A stretch of 10,344 nt of DNA. Origin: Candidatus Geohabitans tengchongensis. Its GTDB lineage: Bacteria; Sysuimicrobiota; Sysuimicrobiia; Sysuimicrobiales; Humicultoraceae. Of this stretch, positions 5,229 to 10,344 are shown piece after piece. The position numbers and the translations under genes are program-made. The notes under the pieces are model-generated. The model saw only the letters and a program-made list of their open reading frames with translations, had not been told where the DNA came from and made no database searches. The stretch is from the NCBI GenBank assembly GCA_031459625.1, contig JAVKIH010000043.1:1-10344 (forward strand), written 5' to 3'. The number at the start of each line of letters is the position of its first letter. Positions within the stretch are counted from its first letter, which is position 1.

Positions 5229-6824
5229 GTGTGGGTGGACCTGCTCGCCGAGGAGATCCTGCGCACGCGCCCCGAGCGGGCGCACGTGGTGAACGACGCC
5301 TGGACGCCCAGCGGCTTCGCCCACCTGGGCTCGCTGCGCGGGGTGGTGCTGCACGACGCCGTGACCCGCGGGCTGCGCGAGCGCGGGGTGGCGGTACGCT
5401 TCCTCTACGGGTTCGACGACTTCGACCCCTTCGACGCCGTGCCCCCCTACCTGGACCGGGACCGCTTCGCCCCCTACCTCGGCCGTCCTCTCGCCGACGT
5501 GCCCTCGCCCGAGCCCCACTACCCAAGCTTCGCCGCCTACTACGCCCACCGCTTCAGTGAGACCTTCCGGCGCCTGGGGTGCACCCCGGAGGAGTACCGG
5601 GGGAGCGAGCTCTACCGCAGCGGGCGGATGAACGAGGCCATCCGCGCCGTGCTCGACCGGGCCGAGGAGGTCCTGGCCATCGACCGGGAGATCAGCGGCA
5701 GCCGCCGGCCGATGCGCCACCCGCTGCAGGTGCTCTGCGAGGCGTGCGGGCGCATCGCCACCACGCTCGTCACCGGCTGGGACGGGCGTATGGTGACCTA
5801 CGCCTGCGTGCCGGACAAGGTGACCTACGCGCAGGGGTGCGGCCACCGGGGGCGGCGCTCGCCCTTCGACGGGGCGAGCAAGCTCATCTACAAGGTGGAG
5901 TGGGCGGCCAAGTGGTGGACGCTCGGCGTCACCGTGGAGGGCGCGGGGAAGGACCACTTCACCCGCGGCGGCACCCACGACGTGGCCAGTGCCGTGGCGC
6001 AGCGGATCTTCGCCTACCCCACCCCCTTCCCCATTTCCTACGAGTTCCTGCTGCTGGGCGGGCGGAAGATGTCGGGGTCCGCCGGCCGGGGCGTCTTCGC
6101 CCACGAGTTCCTGGAGATCGTCCGCCCCGAGCTCGTCCGCTTCCTGCTGGTGCGCGTCCACTACCGGGAGCAGAAGGACTTCGACCCCTCCGGCGACACC
6201 ATCCCGCGCCTGTACGACGAGTACGACCGTGCCGCGCGCGCCTTCCGGGGAGAGGTGGACGACCCGGAGCTGGCCCGCACCTTCGCCTACGCCATGACCG
6301 CCGCGTCGCGGCCGGGCGCGTGGCGGCCGCGCTTCAGCCGCGTCGCCCACCTGGTGCAGCTCCCCGGCGTGGACGTGGAGGCGGCGGTGGCGGCGGAGAA
6401 GGGCGCCCCGCTCACCGAGGAGGACCGCGCCGAGCTGCAGCAGCGCGTCGAGGACGCTCGCCGCTGGCTGCGCACCTACGCCCCGCCGGAGGAGCGCTTC
6501 GAGGTGCAGCCGGCTCTGCCGGACGCGGCCAGGGACCTCACCCCCGCCCAGCAGGCTTTCCTGGCCCAGCTGGCCCGCGTGCTGGAGACGACCCCCTGGG
6601 AGGGGGAGGCGGTGCACGCCGCCATCCACCGCCTCAAGGCCGAGCTGGGGCTGCCGGCGGGCGAGGCCTTCCAGGCGATCTACCGTGCCCTGCTCGGGCG
6701 GCGCTCCGGGCCGCAGGCCGGCTGGCTGCTGGCCGCCCTCGACCGGACCTTCGTGGTGCAGCGGCTGCGCGAGGCGGCGGGAGCTGCGACCGCGGGGGCC
6801 GGGGCGGGAGTGGAGGGGCCGTGA
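5229..6824 (+). CDS. lysS: Lysyl-tRNA synthetase, class I (LysRS1)
   Basis: TPSGFAHLGSLR (HIGH-like), DDFDPFDAVP, YLGRPLADVPSP, CEACGRI and CGH zinc-type cysteines, KLIYKVEWAAKW, EGAGKDH, YEFLL..GRKMSGS (KMSKS-like), and C-terminal FQAIYRALLGRRSGPQAG anticodon-binding motif. 531 aa. Confidence 0.93.
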   Translation: MWVDLLAEEILRTRPERAHVVNDAWTPSGFAHLGSLRGVVLHDAVTRGLRERGVAVRFLYGFDDFDPFDAVPPYLDRDRFAPYLGRPLADVPSPEPHYPSFAAYYAHRFSETFRRLGCTPEEYRGSELYRSGRMNEAIRAVLDRAEEVLAIDREISGSRRPMRHPLQVLCEACGRIATTLVTGWDGRMVTYACVPDKVTYAQGCGHRGRRSPFDGASKLIYKVEWAAKWWTLGVTVEGAGKDHFTRGGTHDVASAVAQRIFAYPTPFPISYEFLLLGGRKMSGSAGRGVFAHEFLEIVRPELVRFLLVRVHYREQKDFDPSGDTIPRLYDEYDRAARAFRGEVDDPELARTFAYAMTAASRPGAWRPRFSRVAHLVQLPGVDVEAAVAAEKGAPLTEEDRAELQQRVEDARRWLRTYAPPEERFEVQPALPDAARDLTPAQQAFLAQLARVLETTPWEGEAVHAAIHRLKAELGLPAGEAFQAIYRALLGRRSGPQAGWLLAALDRTFVVQRLREAAGAATAGAGAGVEGP

Positions 6825-7771
6825 GCCTGCACATCCTCGTCGCCGCCGACGTGGAGCCCCGCCACCTGGAGGCCATCCGGGCCGCCGCGCCCGGGCTGGC
6901 CGTCGAGCACACCACCGACCGCGCCCGGTTGCTGGCGCTGGCCCCCACCGCCGACGTCATCGTGGGGTGGAGCGTCCCCCCCGAGGTGGTGCGGCGGGCG
7001 GAGCGGCTGCGCTGGATCCACTCCACCGCCGCCGGGGTCGACCAGCTCCTCTTCCCGGAGCTGCTCCAGCGGGAGGTGCTCCTCACCAGCAGCAGCGGCA
7101 TCCACGCCGAGCCGCTCTCCGAGCACGTGCTGGGGGTGATGCTGATGCTGAGCCGCCGCCTGCACGTCGCCGTCCGCCAACAGCTGGCCCGCCGCTGGGA
7201 CCGGCGCACCGTGCTGGGGGACGAGCTGGGCGGCAAGACGCTGGGCATCCTGGGGCTGGGGGCGATCGGCCGGGCCATCGCCGAGCGCGCCCGCGTCTTC
7301 GGGATGCGCGTGATCGGCACCCGCCGCAGCGGGGCCCCGGTGCCGCACGTGGAGCAGGTCTTCCCGCCCGAGGGGCTCGACGAGGTGCTGCGCCGCAGCG
7401 ACGTCCTGGTGGTGGTCCTGCCGCTCACGCCGGCCACCCGCGGGCTCATCGGGGCCCGGGAGCTGGCGCTGCTGCCTCCCGGGGCCTTCCTCATCAACGT
7501 GGGGCGCGGGGCGATCGTCCAGGAAGCGGCGCTGGTGGACGCCCTGCGCGCCGGCCGCCTGGCCGGGGCGGCGCTGGACGTCTTCGAGCAGGAGCCGCTC
7601 CCGCCGGAGAGCCCGCTGTGGGACCTGCCGCAGGTGATCATCACCCCGCACGTCTCGGGGACGACGCCGCGCTACTACGACCGGGCCATCCCGCTGTTCT
7701 GCGAGAACCTGCGGCGCTTCCTGCGCGGGGAGCCGCTGCTGAACGTGGTGGACCGGGAGCGGGGGTATTGA
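6821..7771 (+). CDS. D-isomer-specific 2-hydroxyacid dehydrogenase (NAD(P)-dependent)
   Basis: GTG 6821 overlaps the lysS TGA (GTGA), with GGAGGGG upstream. Motifs: LRWIHSTAAGVD, GILGLGAIG (Rossmann), LPLTPATRGLI, INVGRG, ALDVFEQEPL, ITPHVSG (R/E/H catalytic residues). 316 aa. Substrate cannot be assigned. Confidence 0.93.
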   Translation: MSLHILVAADVEPRHLEAIRAAAPGLAVEHTTDRARLLALAPTADVIVGWSVPPEVVRRAERLRWIHSTAAGVDQLLFPELLQREVLLTSSSGIHAEPLSEHVLGVMLMLSRRLHVAVRQQLARRWDRRTVLGDELGGKTLGILGLGAIGRAIAERARVFGMRVIGTRRSGAPVPHVEQVFPPEGLDEVLRRSDVLVVVLPLTPATRGLIGARELALLPPGAFLINVGRGAIVQEAALVDALRAGRLAGAALDVFEQEPLPPESPLWDLPQVIITPHVSGTTPRYYDRAIPLFCENLRRFLRGEPLLNVVDRERGY

Positions 7772-7814
7772 CGCGGCCGCCCGCCGGCGTCGGGTGGCGA
7801 GCTGAGGTGAACCC

Positions 7815-9908
7815 ATGAAGCCCTACCCCATGGACCGCATCCGCAACGTCGCCGTGGTGGGCCACGGCGGCACCGGCAAGACCACCCTGGTGGAGGCGCT
7901 GCTCTTCACCGCCCGGGCCATCGACCGCCTGGGCAGCGTGGAGGCGGGGACGACCACCACCGACTTCGACCCCGAGGAGGTGCGCCGCCGCCACACCATC
8001 AACGCGGCGCTGGCCCCCCTGGAGTGGCGGGAGCACAAGATCACCCTCATCGACACCCCCGGCTACCCCGACTTCATCGGCGAGGTGGTGGGGTCGCTGC
8101 GGGTGTGCGAGGGCGCGCTGGTGGTCGTGGACGGCGTGGCCGGCGTCGAGGTGCAGACCGAGAAGGTCTGGCAAGCCGCCGCCGACCAGGGGGTGGCCCG
8201 CCTGGTGGTGGTGAACCGCCTCGACCGGGAGAACGCCAGCTTCGAGCGCGCGGTGGAGTCGCTCCGGGCGCGCTTCGGCGCCGGGGTGGTCCCGCTGCAC
8301 CTCCCCATCGGGGCGGAGGGGGCCCTGCGCGGCCTGGTCGACCTGGTGGCGCTGCGGGCCTACACCTGGCGCGACGGGGAAGTGCGCGAGGAGGATGTCC
8401 CCGCCGAGGTGCGCGAGGAGGTCGAGCGTGCCCGGGAGCGCCTGATCGAGGCGGCCGCGGAGGCGGACGACGCCCTGGTGGAGACCTACCTGGAACAGGG
8501 GACCCTCAGCGACGAGGAGGTGCGCCGCGGGCTCCTGGCCGGCGTCCGGCGCGGGGCGCTCATCCCGGTGCTCGCGGCCGCGGGAGGGCGTCTCATCGGC
8601 GCGGGGCCGCTGCTCGACGCCATCGTCGCCCTGCTCCCCTCCCCGGCCGCCGTGGCGGAGGTGCGCGGCACCCGGCCGGGCGGCGAGGAGGTGGTCACCC
8701 GCCCGGCCACGCCCGACGCGCCGCTGGCGGCGCTGGTCTTCAAGACCATGGCCGACCCCTACGTGGGCAAGCTCTCCTACTTCCGCGTCTACGCCGGGCG
8801 GCTCAGCAGCGACTCCCAGGTGCTGAACGCCACGCGGCAGAAGGTCGAGCGCGTGGGCACGCTCTTCTTCCTGCGCGGCAAGCACCAGGAGCCCACCGGC
8901 GAGGTGGCGGCCGGGGACATCGGCGCCGTGGCCAAGCTGGCGGAGACCGTGACCGGGGACACGCTGAGTGCGCGCGACGCCCCCATCGTGTTGCCGCCGG
9001 TGCGCTTCCCCCGCCCCGCCATGACGCTGGCCATCGAGCCGCGCAGCCGCGGGGACGAGGACAAGCTGGCCGCGGCCATCCACCGGCTGGCCGAGGAGGA
9101 CCCGACCATCCGCGTCTACCGCGACCCCGAGCTGCGCCAGACGCTCATCGCCGGCATGGGGGAGTCGCACATCGAGATCATCGCCGACCGCCTGCGCCGC
9201 AAGTTCGGGGTGGAGGTGACGCTGGCGCCCCCGCGCGTCCCCTACCGGGAGACGGTGCGGCGGCGCGCCACCGGCGTCCAGGGGCGCTACGTCAAGCAGA
9301 CCGGCGGCCGCGGGCAGTACGGGGTGTGCGTCATCGACGTGGAGCCGCTGCCGCGCGGCGGCGGGTACGAGTTCGTGGACAAGATCTTCGGCGGGGCCAT
9401 CCCCAACCAGTTCATCCCCTCGGTGGACAAGGGCGTGCGCAAGGCCATGGAGGAGGGGGTGCTGGCCGGGTACCCGGTGGTGGACGTGCGGGTGACGCTG
9501 GTGGACGGCAAGTACCACCCCGTCGACTCCTCGGACATCGCCTTCCAGATCGCCGGGTCGCTGGCCTTCAAGGAGGCGGCGCAGCAGGCCGGAGTGGTCC
9601 TGCTCGAGCCCATCATGACGCTGGCGGTGCGGATCCCCGAGGAGCTGCTGGGCGACATCATGGGCGACCTGAACGCCCGGCGGGCCCGCATCACCGGCAT
9701 GGAGTCCCAGGGGGACGGCACCACGGTGGTCCGGGCGCAGGTCCCGCAGGCGGAGATCCTGCGCTACGCCTCCGACCTCCGCTCCATGACCGGCGGCCGC
9801 GGCACCTTCGAGGTGGAGTTCTCCCACTACGAGGAGGTCCCCGCCCACGTGGCGGAGCGGGTGGTGGCCGAGGCGAAGCAGCAGAAGGCCGCCGCGGCCA
9901 GTCACTAG
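7815..9908 (+). CDS. Elongation factor G paralogue (EF-G2 / EF-G II type)
   Basis: 697 aa with EF-G architecture: IRNVAVVGHGGTGKTTL, DTPGYPDF, GMGESH, VPYRET, KQTGGRGQYG, YHPVDSS, LLEPIM, LRSMTGGRG. G-domain motifs are divergent and the gene is not in an rpsL-rpsG-fusA-tuf context. GAGGTGA RBS at 7804-7810. Confidence 0.92.
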   Translation: MKPYPMDRIRNVAVVGHGGTGKTTLVEALLFTARAIDRLGSVEAGTTTTDFDPEEVRRRHTINAALAPLEWREHKITLIDTPGYPDFIGEVVGSLRVCEGALVVVDGVAGVEVQTEKVWQAAADQGVARLVVVNRLDRENASFERAVESLRARFGAGVVPLHLPIGAEGALRGLVDLVALRAYTWRDGEVREEDVPAEVREEVERARERLIEAAAEADDALVETYLEQGTLSDEEVRRGLLAGVRRGALIPVLAAAGGRLIGAGPLLDAIVALLPSPAAVAEVRGTRPGGEEVVTRPATPDAPLAALVFKTMADPYVGKLSYFRVYAGRLSSDSQVLNATRQKVERVGTLFFLRGKHQEPTGEVAAGDIGAVAKLAETVTGDTLSARDAPIVLPPVRFPRPAMTLAIEPRSRGDEDKLAAAIHRLAEEDPTIRVYRDPELRQTLIAGMGESHIEIIADRLRRKFGVEVTLAPPRVPYRETVRRRATGVQGRYVKQTGGRGQYGVCVIDVEPLPRGGGYEFVDKIFGGAIPNQFIPSVDKGVRKAMEEGVLAGYPVVDVRVTLVDGKYHPVDSSDIAFQIAGSLAFKEAAQQAGVVLLEPIMTLAVRIPEELLGDIMGDLNARRARITGMESQGDGTTVVRAQVPQAEILRYASDLRSMTGGRGTFEVEFSHYEEVPAHVAERVVAEAKQQKAAAASH

Positions 9909-9910
9909 GG

Positions 9911-9936
9911 TGTCCAGTTTCGTAATGGTGTGCACA
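9911..9936 (+). repeat. Right terminal inverted repeat of IS copy B
   Basis: TGT-initiated 26-mer, 20/26 identical to the reverse complement of 319-344. Confidence 0.8.
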
Positions 9937-9938
9937 CA

Positions 9939-10343
9939 TCAGGGTGCGACCTGGACATGGTAATCACCCCATCGCGAGGTCCAGAAGAGCGCTGCGGGCG
10001 GACGCCCCTGGGTGCGGTAGCCCAGGTGTGGCCGCTGATGGTTGTAGAACCCGAGGTAACGATCCAGGGCGACCTGCAGTTGGGCGACGTGGGTGAAGAA
10101 GCGGCGGCGGAACTCGACGCGCCACAACTCGGTGAGGATGGTGCCCTGCAGGCGCTCGACGAACCCGTTGGTCCACGCATGTCGCGGTCGGGTGCGGGTG
10201 TGCCGAATGCGCAGGGCCTGACAGGCCTGCTCGAAAGCGCCGCGATACTCGCTGCCCTGATCGGTGAGGATGCGCTGCACGCGCCAGCCCGCCGCGCGGT
10301 AGGCCGGCAGCACCCGGGTCGTCAGGAACCGAGCCGCGGCGTC
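9939..10343 (-). CDS. IS481-family transposase, C-terminal part (5'-partial)
   Basis: The frame is open from the window end: DAAARFLTTRVLPAY...RILTDQGSEY...HTRTRPRHAWTNGFVERLQGTIL...YNHQRPHLGY. By hand count it is 76/94 aa identical to copy A over the shared part. Confidence 0.9.
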   Translation of the reverse strand, partial: DAAARFLTTRVLPAYRAAGWRVQRILTDQGSEYRGAFEQACQALRIRHTRTRPRHAWTNGFVERLQGTILTELWRVEFRRRFFTHVAQLQVALDRYLGFYNHQRPHLGYRTQGRPPAALFWTSRWGDYHVQVAP

Positions 10344-10344
10344 C

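Larger units (their letters stand above)
9911..10344 (-). mobile_element. 3' end of an IS481-family insertion sequence (copy B, truncated by the window end)
   Basis: Terminal repeat TGTCCAGTTTCGTAATGGTGTGCACA at 9911-9936, followed by a minus-strand rve transposase fragment. Confidence 0.87.

Noticed and set aside
3867..6629. 920-aa minus-strand ORF, plus other long antisense or alternative-frame ORFs (7641-9935, 2912-5026, 2391-3614, 8024-9925, 421-1725 and the 5' part of 5579-7771)
   Set aside because: These are shadows of well-supported genes. High GC makes stops rare, and the translations are R/G/P/A-rich or antisense-like with no family motifs.
3873..6824. Amber recoding system (in-frame UAG plus LysRS1 plus unusual tRNA-Tyr)
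   Set aside because: There is no CUA-anticodon tRNA and no pyl genes. The UAG lies at the normal FolD C-terminus, and TAG is used as an ordinary stop for HU, EF-G2 and the TPR gene.
1..10344. CRISPR array, defence system or toxin-antitoxin module
   Set aside because: I found no regularly spaced repeats, and no ORF carries a recognisable nuclease, reverse transcriptase or toxin motif.

Overview
A very GC-rich bacterial chromosomal segment that is mostly housekeeping, bounded at both ends by the 3' ends of two related but non-identical IS481-family elements facing inward. Minus strand: tRNA-Tyr(GTA), tRNA-Gly(TCC), a DUF2628-like membrane protein and a secreted TPR/Pro-linker/beta-rich protein. 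Plus strand: HU, an intrinsic terminator, then folD, folC, a class I lysyl-tRNA synthetase, a D-2-hydroxyacid dehydrogenase and a divergent EF-G paralogue (EF-G2 type). I cannot support a new multi-gene system here. The most unusual details are: both IS ends abut the same 8-mer CACTAGGG, which contains the TAG stop of the neighbouring gene; the otherwise bacterial-type tRNA-Tyr has G37; and folD, folC and lysS are in one frame with 6-nt spacers, with a candidate extended -10 element that could make folC leaderless. All family calls come from motif recognition by eye, not database searches.
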